Positions 8,736 to 16,700 of a stretch of 33,024 nucleotides of DNA are shown here, in pieces; position 1 is the first letter of the stretch; the number at the start of each line of letters is the position of its first letter. Origin of the DNA: Candidatus Parvarchaeota archaeon (GTDB taxonomy: Archaea > Nanobdellota > Nanobdellia > Parvarchaeales > Parvarchaeaceae); NCBI GenBank assembly GCA_025920305.1, contig JAPDMB010000002.1:1-33024 (forward strand). The letters run 5' to 3'. The translations under genes were made by a program, and so were the position numbers. The notes under the pieces were generated by a model. The model did no database searches. It was not told the DNA's origin and worked only from the letters and a program-made list of their open reading frames with translations.

Positions 8736-9125
8736 TTACATTCTCCTGCCCTTTCTGCCGCCCTTTCTTTTGCATCCATCATGCGGTATAGGTGTAACAT
8801 TTTCCATGCTTAGTATATGTATTCCAGATCTTTCAAGGGCTCGAAGCGCGGATTTTGTGCCAGGGCCAGTCGTCTTAGATTTTATCCCGCCAGCAGCCCT
8901 TATCTTCGCATGCACTTCACTTATCCCTTTAGCGATTATCTCCTCTGCGACTTTTTTTGCCGCGTCCATGGCTGCTCTTGGGGATGAACCTAGGCGATCT
9001 GCCTTTACCTGTGAGCCGCCACTATGTATCGAGAAGGTATGTGTACCGCTCAGATCCGTCACATGGATTATCGTGTTGTTCATCGTCGAATATATGTGTA
9101 AAACACCGGTCTTGCCTCTTTCCAT
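8736..9125 (-). CDS. rps11: 30S ribosomal protein S11 (uS11)
   Basis: [21 protein letters not shown]...[14 protein letters not shown]; conserved operon position. Confidence 0.97.
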   Translation of the reverse strand: MERGKTGVLHIYSTMNNTIIHVTDLSGTHTFSIHSGGSQVKADRLGSSPRAAMDAAKKVAEEIIAKGISEVHAKIRAAGGIKSKTTGPGTKSALRALERSGIHILSMENVTPIPHDGCKRKGGRKGRRM

Positions 9126-9127
9126 AT

Positions 9128-9661
9128 CTACCCTTTATTCTCCTCCTTCTTAACCCTTATGGGATGCATCTCCGAAGCGAATGGCGAGTTTGGAGCGTAT
9201 GCTATCTTATCCTCATCCTCCTTCTTTACGAGCATGCTCGGAGCAGAGACAACCTTCCCGCCGATGGCTATGTGCGAATGTGTTATCATCTGTCTAGCCT
9301 CTTTTATGCTCCTAGCCAGCCCTTTTTTGAAAACAATCGTTTGTAGCCGTCTCTCTAGTATGTTCTCTATGCCAAGTTCCAATACTGTATCCTCAGTGGC
9401 ATCCTTCCCGACTAAACCGAGTTTGCTCAGAGTATCTATGAATATTCTTTCATCTTCCGTTTCAACCTTCATCGCTTTCGACGCAATTATATCCCTGGCT
9501 CTCTTTCTTATATTCCTTAAAAAAGATTCCTCCTTCCAAAGTTCCCTCTTGTTCTTGAAGCCGTACTTCTTTCTGAGTAATTTGTCCCTATCGATTCTGC
9601 TTTTGTCCCAAAGTTTGGTGGGGGGATTGAATTTATTCGTCTGGCGCTTGCTTGTTCCCAT
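9128..9661 (-). CDS. rps4: 30S ribosomal protein S4 (uS4)
   Basis: [40 protein letters not shown]. Confidence 0.97.
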   Translation of the reverse strand: MGTSKRQTNKFNPPTKLWDKSRIDRDKLLRKKYGFKNKRELWKEESFLRNIRKRARDIIASKAMKVETEDERIFIDTLSKLGLVGKDATEDTVLELGIENILERRLQTIVFKKGLARSIKEARQMITHSHIAIGGKVVSAPSMLVKKEDEDKIAYAPNSPFASEMHPIRVKKEENKG

Positions 9662-9663
9662 AT

Positions 9664-10188
9664 CTACTCTTTCGCTGGCTTGACCTCCCTCGCTTTAGTA
9701 ACACCTATGGTCTTGCCTATTCTACCCTTCTCGTTGGCGCCTCTAGATCTTGTTTTTTGCCCCCTTACCTTGTATCCGAATTGGTGTCTTATGCCGCGGT
9801 ATGTACGCAGCAGCTTCATCTGCTGTAGGTTGAGGGCATTGCTTGATTTCAATTCATTGCCTATCTTATGTTTTGATGCACCGGTTTCGAGTTCCCTCTG
9901 CCAATTTAGTAGCCAAATAGGGATGCCGTACTTCTGGGGGTTTATCAGCGCGTCCTTTAGTTTGTTTATCATCTCCTCATTCAGATCCTGAAGCCTTGAA
10001 GCCCCATCTATATCCAGTATATTAACGAGCGCATTCGCATAAGATGCGTTTACTCCATATATCTTCATAAGCTGGCTGAGAACACTTTTATCTCCGTCTA
10101 GATCGGTATCGCCTATCCTTATTATTCTCTTTCCGCCTGCGGCCGGGTTAGCGATTTTTACAGCTTTGCTTTGCACGTTTTCTGCCAT
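9664..10188 (-). CDS. rps13: 30S ribosomal protein S13 (uS13)
   Basis: IIRIGDTDLDG, IPIWLLN, YRGIRHQFGYKVRGQKTRS; start at ATG 10188 because the longer 10230 start would overlap the 5S rRNA. Confidence 0.95.
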   Translation of the reverse strand: MAENVQSKAVKIANPAAGGKRIIRIGDTDLDGDKSVLSQLMKIYGVNASYANALVNILDIDGASRLQDLNEEMINKLKDALINPQKYGIPIWLLNWQRELETGASKHKIGNELKSSNALNLQQMKLLRTYRGIRHQFGYKVRGQKTRSRGANEKGRIGKTIGVTKAREVKPAKE

Positions 10189-10218
10189 ATTTTTTCCGGT
10201 TTTTGTATCTAATTTAAA

Positions 10219-10332
10219 TGATAGCATCAACTCACTTTTGCCATTTTACTGACTACTTATGAGACGCGCCAGTGATTATCTTCCGTGTTCGGAATGGGAA
10301 CGGGATTTGCCGCTGGCCTATGGACGCTATCA
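10219..10332 (-). rRNA. rrf: 5S ribosomal RNA
   Basis: Minus strand TGATAGCGTCCATAGGCCAGCGGCAAATCCCGTTCCCATTCCGAACACGGAAG...GATGCTATCA; complementary termini (helix I), conserved CCCATTCCGAAC loop C, and TTTAAATA TATA box at 10352-10359. Confidence 0.92.
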
Positions 10333-10488
10333 TCCTCTCTATCATTCTTCCTATTTAAAAATCTTTTCTTTGCCGATATGCCAGGCAAAAAGGGACCATT
10401 CGCTCGGTGTATCCCTGCCTATGAGGGCTATTAGTTCGCTCATCAGATAGATAAATAAATAGATAGATATTATAATTAGATGCGAAGT

Positions 10489-10572
10489 GCAGAGGTAGCG
10501 AAGCGGTCCAACGCGTAAGGCTAAGGACCTTATGGCCTAGCGCCCTCGGGGGTTCGAATCCCCTCCTCTGCA
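10489..10572 (+). tRNA. tRNA-Leu, anticodon AAG (class II, long variable arm, CCA not encoded)
   Basis: Acceptor GCAGAGG/CCTCTGC plus A73; anticodon stem TAAGG/CCTTA, loop CT-AAG-GA (10523-10525); variable arm GGC-CTAGC-GCC; T-loop TTCGAAT. Confidence 0.93.
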
Positions 10573-10586
10573 TTTGAAAAAATCAC

Positions 10587-10598
10587 AAAGTTTAAATA
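10587..10598 (+). promoter_or_regulatory. BRE/TATA promoter (leaderless transcript)
   Basis: AAAGTTTAAATA ending 21 nt before ATG 10620. Confidence 0.6.
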
Positions 10599-10619
10599 TT
10601 CTGATCTACTCTTATTGAT

Positions 10620-12347
10620 ATGATTAGAAATGCATATTTATACGTCGGATTAGTTTTCTTATTGTCTTTGTTCACAGTTGCAGTTTCTCATGCGCAGCCG
10701 AACGCTGCTTACTTCTCCCCTTCATCAAGTGACACCGCTATAATCACAACAGGTGTAAATTCTATAGATACCTTCTCATCCTATCCTTTAGCTTCATTTT
10801 ACGGGCTGCCGGTCATATCCCTAAATTCCTCCACCATATCATCAGAAGTCGTGGCTAATCTGACGGCAAACGGCATAAAGAATGTCATCGTAGTCGGAGG
10901 TCCAGCGGTCATATCAAATCAGACGATTGAAGCGCTGCAAAATGCAGGTTTTAATGTATTGAGGATATACGGCATCACCGCCCCAGATACCGCTTTGGAT
11001 TTAGCCGATTATTTCCTTCCCTCAGCCAACGTATCATGCGCGGTCTTAGTCCCCTACAATGAGAACTCCACGTATTATTACACTTACCAATTTGCAGGCA
11101 GTATTTACAGTGCAAGGAACAGATGCGTGCTTTTCCCGCTTTATTTCGGCAATGTGCCTCTTCCCATCTTATCCTACCTCTCCCAGCATAATATAAGGAA
11201 TATAAGCTTCTTCGGACCAGTGGGCCTTCTGCCTGCGATTAAATCACAGGTGAACAAGAGCGTAGCGGTAGTAGGCGTGCAGGAGAATGAGTCTTATCTG
11301 CCGCCGCATGAGAAGGTTGTCAGGTACTTGATAGTCGGAGTAAATCAAAATGCATGGCAGGCTTCGATGGTCATCGGCTCCCTGCCTTCTCTGAATTCAT
11401 CCATGGCGCTTGTGAGCAACGTCACAGCCCAGATGCCAGGGATAGTAAACTACATCAAACGAAACAACATAACCGATGTGAGAGTCGTAGGTATACCTTC
11501 CATAGTCGCGCAAATAGAATCGTATCTATCAGCCAGCAACATAACTTATGAGTCTGAGCCTTCAAAAGGCGCTGCGTTTAGCCTTGTCAAACAGTTCCAC
11601 AACCAGTTTAGTCAGGAAAGTGATCTGCATGATGCATTGATGAACATATCAAGGGAGCTGCAATCTGTCAGAGCTCAGCTGTCAAATATAATAAATAAGT
11701 TAAGTTACTATAACCTGTCCATATACAATGCAAGCATCGGTAATTCTTCTGCGCTGAATTTATCAAGTAAGTTAGACAGTCTTCTGAGTTTAGTGAAGAA
11801 TGCGAGTGCATCTATATCCTCCAACAACGTGTCTTATGCACTGTCGCTGATAGCCCAGATAAACAGCGGTCTTAATTCGGATCTATATGAATCTTACATG
11901 CATGGAGCTTTGGTCAACAGCTCTTCCTTTGAGAACAGGCTTAATCAAAGTCAAGTAGCTAAGGAGATCGGCGACGAAGCCAGTGACCAAGTTGAGAATA
12001 TAGGCAGATTCATAAGCAATTCGGCCATCAACGCCACCTGTAAGGCCAGAATTGGAAGCGTGCTTAATTTTACATCAGCTGAGATAAAGAATTTAACGGC
12101 GGAAGAATCCATAGACGCTGCAAGCGGTAATATGTCTGGCGTGATCTCCATAAGCAATAAAATTAGAGAGATCGCAGTTCAAAACAGCATGCTGATAAGA
12201 GGATGCGAAATGAACTTCCGCGGAATTGAGCATAGAATAGGAGGGGTAGCGAATGGCTCCATTGGCAACTATTCTGTAGGCGATATAATCAAGATAATCA
12301 ACTCATCAGATGATAATCTGCCCCATTTACCAGGGATTGGAAGCTAA
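10620..12347 (+). CDS. Secreted surface glycoprotein with cell-wall-binding-repeat-2-like repeats
   Basis: Signal peptide (…VAVSHA|QP); VIVVGGPAVISNQTIEALQNAGFNVLRIYG..TA resembles CW_binding_2; many N-x-S/T sequons; helical C-terminal half. Confidence 0.65.
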   Translation: MIRNAYLYVGLVFLLSLFTVAVSHAQPNAAYFSPSSSDTAIITTGVNSIDTFSSYPLASFYGLPVISLNSSTISSEVVANLTANGIKNVIVVGGPAVISNQTIEALQNAGFNVLRIYGITAPDTALDLADYFLPSANVSCAVLVPYNENSTYYYTYQFAGSIYSARNRCVLFPLYFGNVPLPILSYLSQHNIRNISFFGPVGLLPAIKSQVNKSVAVVGVQENESYLPPHEKVVRYLIVGVNQNAWQASMVIGSLPSLNSSMALVSNVTAQMPGIVNYIKRNNITDVRVVGIPSIVAQIESYLSASNITYESEPSKGAAFSLVKQFHNQFSQESDLHDALMNISRELQSVRAQLSNIINKLSYYNLSIYNASIGNSSALNLSSKLDSLLSLVKNASASISSNNVSYALSLIAQINSGLNSDLYESYMHGALVNSSSFENRLNQSQVAKEIGDEASDQVENIGRFISNSAINATCKARIGSVLNFTSAEIKNLTAEESIDAASGNMSGVISISNKIREIAVQNSMLIRGCEMNFRGIEHRIGGVANGSIGNYSVGDIIKIINSSDDNLPHLPGIGS

Positions 12348-12380
12348 AGTATTTAAGCGGTATACTTCTTAGGTCTTGAT

Positions 12381-12662
12381 ATGAAACGAAGTAGAGGTCT
12401 ACATAACTCAAGCAGGAACCGTCTGTTAAGGGACGGGAAGAAAACCGTTCCGATAGGCAGATTTCTACAGACTTTCAATGTGAATGACAGTGTCATAGTC
12501 AGCCCGGAGCCATATTTTCAGAGAAACATCCCATATAGGAGATTCTTCGGCGCCTCCGGCAAGATCGTAAAGGAGAAGGGCAAAGCCTACACCGTGGAGA
12601 TTAAAGCCGGCAAAAAATACAAATATATAGACGTGCTCCCGGTGCATTTGAAGAGGCTGTGA
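12381..12662 (+). CDS. rpl21e: 50S ribosomal protein L21e
   Basis: MKRSRG...SR, PYRRFFGASG, PVHLKR; rpl21e-rpoF-DUF655 synteny. Confidence 0.95.
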   Translation: MKRSRGLHNSSRNRLLRDGKKTVPIGRFLQTFNVNDSVIVSPEPYFQRNIPYRRFFGASGKIVKEKGKAYTVEIKAGKKYKYIDVLPVHLKRL

Positions 12663-12663
12663 T

Positions 12664-12987
12664 ATGGAATATGAATTGGTGGATGAAACACTTCTTGGAG
12701 AGGCTGAGGTTAAAGAGAATTACTTGAAATTTATAGACGAAGGGTATGAATACGGCAAAAAACTGCTGGAGCATATGGACAAGAATATAAAGGTGAAGGA
12801 CTTTGAGAATGCGTTCAAGGCGCTTTTAAACCTAAATCTTAACCTGAGGGACGACTACATAAAGATGATAATAGACGTTTGTCCAAATTCTCCGGATCAG
12901 CTCAGAGCGATCCTTTCGCCTTTGAAACTTACTATACCAGAAGAGAGCCTAAACAGCATCATAGCAACCTTAAAAAAGTTCCAGTGA
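12664..12987 (+). CDS. rpoF: DNA-directed RNA polymerase subunit F (Rpo4)
   Basis: IIDVCPNSPDQLRAIL HRDC-like motif; position between rpl21e and DUF655. Confidence 0.85.
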   Translation: MEYELVDETLLGEAEVKENYLKFIDEGYEYGKKLLEHMDKNIKVKDFENAFKALLNLNLNLRDDYIKMIIDVCPNSPDQLRAILSPLKLTIPEESLNSIIATLKKFQ

Positions 12988-12998
12988 GTAGTTTCTAT

Positions 12999-13529
12999 AT
13001 GGGAAAAGACGAATACGCATATGTGCTAGAATACTTTCCGTATGGCATGTCCGACTCGAAGGACCGCAGGCCATCAGCTATAGTTTTGACAGAGTCATTG
13101 AGTCTCCTGCTTGTAAGCGTGAAGAAAGAAGGAAAGATAGAGGTTGGTAAGAAGGTTTACATAGGGGAGGGAAAGAGGGAAGACATCCACCATATAATTA
13201 CCAGAGTACCTCTGACAAAGGTAAACGAGCGAGGAAAAGAGCTGCTGAACGATACGCTTGACAGGAAGATAATAGATGACGAGAAGAGGTTTGTGGACAT
13301 AATAAACAGGCTTGGGCCTATAAATGTCAAGCTTCATTCATTGGAGCTCATACCCGGTATAGGTTCAAAGACGCTCCAGAGGGTGCTGGATGAGCGGAAG
13401 AAAAGCCCTTTCACAAGCTACGATGATATAAATAAGCGGGCAGAGCTGCAGTTTGATATCCGGAAGTCCATCAGAGAGAGGATATTATCCGAACTTAATG
13501 AAGCTGATAAGTATAGGATATTCACGTAA
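12999..13529 (+). CDS. DUF655 putative RNA-binding protein (HhH)
   Basis: EYAYVLEYFPYG, VYIGEGKRE, LHSLELIPGIG, PFTSYDDI; start set to ATG 12999. Confidence 0.92.
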   Translation: MGKDEYAYVLEYFPYGMSDSKDRRPSAIVLTESLSLLLVSVKKEGKIEVGKKVYIGEGKREDIHHIITRVPLTKVNERGKELLNDTLDRKIIDDEKRFVDIINRLGPINVKLHSLELIPGIGSKTLQRVLDERKKSPFTSYDDINKRAELQFDIRKSIRERILSELNEADKYRIFT

Positions 13530-13643
13530 GGGGTCGTAGTCTAACCTGGTAGAATAGGCGGCTCCAGCTGGACTGGAAAGATGACAAGAAGAAGGATGAT
13601 TAGAAGAAACCGCTTGATTTGGGTTCAAATCCCAACGACCCCA
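13530..13643 (+). tRNA. tRNA-Trp(CCA) with a 41-nt intron at 37/38 (intron 13568-13608)
   Basis: Acceptor GGGGTCG/CGACCCC; anticodon stem GGCGG/CCGCT with CT-CCA-G[intron]A; T arm TTGGG-TTCAAAT-CCCAA. Confidence 0.9.
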
Positions 13644-13875
13644 ACCGCGTTTTTGGAACAAGTAAAATAGCGGGAAAACCAGCGCTCTTCAGCGAATCTT
13701 TCCTTGATAAAGTCTATGGATCTTCAGGAATGGCCATGAAGAAGCAAGGATGCCTCTTCCATATATATCCATAATATATAGAAGGACACTGGCCAAGAGC
13801 TTGAATTGAAACTATTAATTTACATAAATCATATTATAATTCAATTTCTAAGTTTGAAAAACAGGAGGTAAAAGT

Positions 13876-14487
13876 ATGAACTACGACGTGCAGTATGATG
13901 TAAAGGGTTTGAAGTATAAAGAGTTGAAGGGTTTATCTGAGAAGCAGATAGCCTTCCATCACGACGTGCATTACGCAGGATATGTAAAGAAGAGGAATGA
14001 GATACATTCAAAGCTGAAAGGTGTGGACAAGTCCGCGGCAAACGCGAACTTCAGTGATTTCAGGTCTTTGAAAAAAGAAGAGACCTTCAATGCGAGCGGC
14101 CAGATATTGCATGAACTTTATTTTGATATGCTTGGCGGAGATGGTTCATACTCAGAGGACATGGAGATAATGAAGAAAATAAAGGAGGATTTTGGCAGTT
14201 TTGAGAATTTCAAGCAAGAGCTTTTCGCCGTAGCTAAGGCTGCCAGGGGCTGGGCGATACTGGCGATAGATCCGACCGATAATAAACTCAGGGTATTTTT
14301 AGCTGATTCTCACAATGACGGAGCCGTATGGGGCTGTATACCTATAATTGCTTTGGATGTGTATGAACATGCATTCTACGTAGATTATGGGCCGGACAAA
14401 GCCAAGTATTTAGAGCCGTTCTTCTCCAATCTGGATTGGAAGGCCATAGAGAACCGTTATAAGAGGTTCAAATCGGTCTACAGTTGA
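13876..14487 (+). CDS. sod: Fe/Mn superoxide dismutase
   Basis: HHDVHYAGYV, ILHELYF, GWAIL, LDVYEHAFYVDY; strong SD AGGAGGT at 13863-13869. Confidence 0.96.
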   Translation: MNYDVQYDVKGLKYKELKGLSEKQIAFHHDVHYAGYVKKRNEIHSKLKGVDKSAANANFSDFRSLKKEETFNASGQILHELYFDMLGGDGSYSEDMEIMKKIKEDFGSFENFKQELFAVAKAARGWAILAIDPTDNKLRVFLADSHNDGAVWGCIPIIALDVYEHAFYVDYGPDKAKYLEPFFSNLDWKAIENRYKRFKSVYS

Positions 14488-14583
14488 GATCTACATCTGC
14501 AGTAGCAGAGGATGAGAGAGCTAGGTTCCGTTGCAAAACTCGAATAGAAAGGTATTTATATTAGTTTTATTCTATACTTTACA

Positions 14584-15447
14584 GTGAATAATATGACAGG
14601 TATAAAACCAAGCGGATTAGAGTATAACCTTACGATGACTTCCCATGCAAATATAAAGGGGGAAGAGCCCGGCATCACACAGGAGAACCAGCCTTACAGA
14701 AGGAGAATAGATAGATATGCGGACGATATAAGTCGTCAGTTAAATGAAGATCAGCGTATTGGTGACATACTCACTGGTCCTGAGATAGCTGGGTTGTATA
14801 TTAAAGTACAGGAACCTAAAGCGGCTCAGATGGGTCAGGAGAATGCTATAATAGAGCATCAAAGATTGACTCAAATAGAGGAGCGCTCGCTTGTTTTTCC
14901 AGAGAGTTGTGGAGGACTTCCTCTGATCGACTTTGTTGTTCGTCCATACGTAGATAGCAGCAATAATAGGGTGTACTATAATGATCCAGAAACTGGAAAG
15001 CCGGAACCCTTGGTGACGTTTTGGGCTCTCTATGGATATAGATTTTACAATAGAAAGCCAGAGTACGGTAAAAACATGTACGAAGAGATGTTTAGAATAG
15101 CAGATCGGGCAAGCGATGTGGGCTTGAATATCGGCTCAGTCAAGCGTGATCTTGTAAATGCTCATATTATAAATGATAGTTTTGAGGTAAGAGGATATTC
15201 TCATTATAGGATAAATGGTTCGGATGATTATGAATCTCTTCACATAGGTTCTAGCTATGAAAAGAAGGAAACTATCCCAGAAAAAGCAGTCAATGCGCTT
15301 TATAACCTTCTAAAGGGGACGATAGTAGGTCCTAGGACGATAATATTCTCTAAAAGACCTGTAAGAGTCAGTCAACTTGAGCTTTTGCTGAAAGCACTGT
15401 CAGACGAAGACCACGGGCAGAAAGTTAGTGAGATGGAGAATATTTGA
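14584..15447 (+). CDS. Hypothetical protein
   Basis: 287-codon ORF with TATA (TTTATA 14555-14560) upstream; alternative ATG at 14593; no recognisable motif. Confidence 0.7.
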   Translation: MNNMTGIKPSGLEYNLTMTSHANIKGEEPGITQENQPYRRRIDRYADDISRQLNEDQRIGDILTGPEIAGLYIKVQEPKAAQMGQENAIIEHQRLTQIEERSLVFPESCGGLPLIDFVVRPYVDSSNNRVYYNDPETGKPEPLVTFWALYGYRFYNRKPEYGKNMYEEMFRIADRASDVGLNIGSVKRDLVNAHIINDSFEVRGYSHYRINGSDDYESLHIGSSYEKKETIPEKAVNALYNLLKGTIVGPRTIIFSKRPVRVSQLELLLKALSDEDHGQKVSEMENI

Positions 15448-15449
15448 AT

Positions 15450-16229
15450 ATGGGAACTAATTTTAAAGATGATTTAAAGAGATTCGGCAGAAGCGTAAGC
15501 AGAGGCGTATACTCTGGATTGAAATCGTCTGCTAATCTTGCGTATGATAAGCTGTATGATAAGCTTATAGAAGAACCTAAAAACACAGCTAGAGAGGCTG
15601 GTCGTTTAGAGGATATACTGGCGGAGGACGGGGCTTCGATAATTTTACCTTCTATGGTAAAGTATGATGATAAAGTCACACCGAATAGTATATGGGCCAA
15701 TCCAGATGTACTAGGCCGTATACATGTAGACGAGGGCGATGCTGTGTTGTTATTGGAAGAGATAACCTACGGAAATGAGAAATATTACCCATTGAGAGGA
15801 CCTTTCAAAGTAGAAACGCATGAGAGGATAGGCCCCTCATATATCTTTATGAATAGTTCGAATTCTCCTTATGGCGGTTCGTATGTGGAGATTATAAACC
15901 CTATGTACGCAGCTGGGGAATTCAGAGGGAAGATCGTGGGTTACTATCCGTTGGAGAAGATTTATAAGAGCCGTGGCCCAGGCATAGTTCCACTTAGCTA
16001 TGCGAAAAAGATAGCTGATTCACATAACTTTCTGCGTCCAAAAGAGGGTACCATAGTTCCCGTCATGACGTATGACGATAATGGAAATGTAAACGGTATT
16101 TATCAGGCTGAAGTTTCTTCACTTGGCAATAAATTCCAAATCCCAACTGATATAAATTTGAAGAATGTGAACTCAGTAGGCGTACATCTTGGTTTTTCTA
16201 GCATACTAGTCAGAAATAAACTGCTTTGA
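15450..16229 (+). CDS. Hypothetical protein, possible stand-alone CDC48/VAT N-terminal-domain-like protein
   Basis: Long ORF coupled to upstream gene; SIWANPDVLGRIHVDEGDAVLL and YAKKIADSHNFLRPKEGTIVPV resemble the CDC48_N and CDC48_2 subdomains by eye. Confidence 0.55.
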   Translation: MGTNFKDDLKRFGRSVSRGVYSGLKSSANLAYDKLYDKLIEEPKNTAREAGRLEDILAEDGASIILPSMVKYDDKVTPNSIWANPDVLGRIHVDEGDAVLLLEEITYGNEKYYPLRGPFKVETHERIGPSYIFMNSSNSPYGGSYVEIINPMYAAGEFRGKIVGYYPLEKIYKSRGPGIVPLSYAKKIADSHNFLRPKEGTIVPVMTYDDNGNVNGIYQAEVSSLGNKFQIPTDINLKNVNSVGVHLGFSSILVRNKLL

Positions 16230-16288
16230 TTCCCTCCCCTAAGCCAGAAAAATAAGAGATTAATATACTGGTTTCTATTTAGAGTATC

Positions 16289-16582
16289 ATGGTAGAAGCA
16301 CCGCAGTTCAGGTTGCCGAAGAATGGAGAAGTGCTCGGATATGTAACACAGCTCCTGGGCTTTGGAAGGATGTACGTCAAATGCAGTGATGATAAAACGA
16401 GGCTTTGTGTGATAAAGGGAAGCATAAGCAGGTATCTATGGGTGAGAGAAGGAGATATTGTCATAGTCAAGCCATGGGAAATAGAGAAGGATAAGAAAGG
16501 GGATGTTATGTACAAATACGAGAAAAACACCTGGAATTTCCTAAGATCGAAGGGGATCGATATAAACAAATTGATAAGCTGA
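16289..16582 (+). CDS. eif1a: Translation initiation factor aIF-1A
   Basis: RLPKNGEVLGYVTQLLG..RM.V.C.D.KTRLC.I.G, WVREGDIVIVKPW. Confidence 0.96.
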   Translation: MVEAPQFRLPKNGEVLGYVTQLLGFGRMYVKCSDDKTRLCVIKGSISRYLWVREGDIVIVKPWEIEKDKKGDVMYKYEKNTWNFLRSKGIDINKLIS

Positions 16583-16685
16583 ACCACCATCTCTAAATCC
16601 GAATCGCATTGAATTGCAATATCATATGTTCAAATATCAAAGTTTAGTGAATAATCGGCTGATTTGAGATGTAGCATTAATAATA

Positions 16686-16700
16686 GATAAAATTTATATA
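16686..16700 (+). promoter_or_regulatory. Putative 16S rRNA promoter (BRE/TATA)
   Basis: GATAAAATTTATATA, followed by a structured leader of about 160 nt (TCTACAAA/TTTGTAGA stem; TGCTTTTC-GTAA-GAAAAGCA GNRA hairpin at 16805-16824). Confidence 0.55.

Noticed and set aside
8692..9991. Long antisense ORFs over the ribosomal protein genes (also 3710-4075, 18768-19244, 24727-25197, 25588-26007)
   Set aside because: Shadow frames of well-conserved genes, with Ser/Phe/Ile/Leu-rich composition expected from the reverse complement and no motifs.
10385..10446. Hammerhead ribozyme suggested by minus-strand CTGATGAG...CGAA
   Set aside because: Stem II supports only 2 bp, GAAA is GAAT, and no stem I/III with a cleavage triplet could be built.
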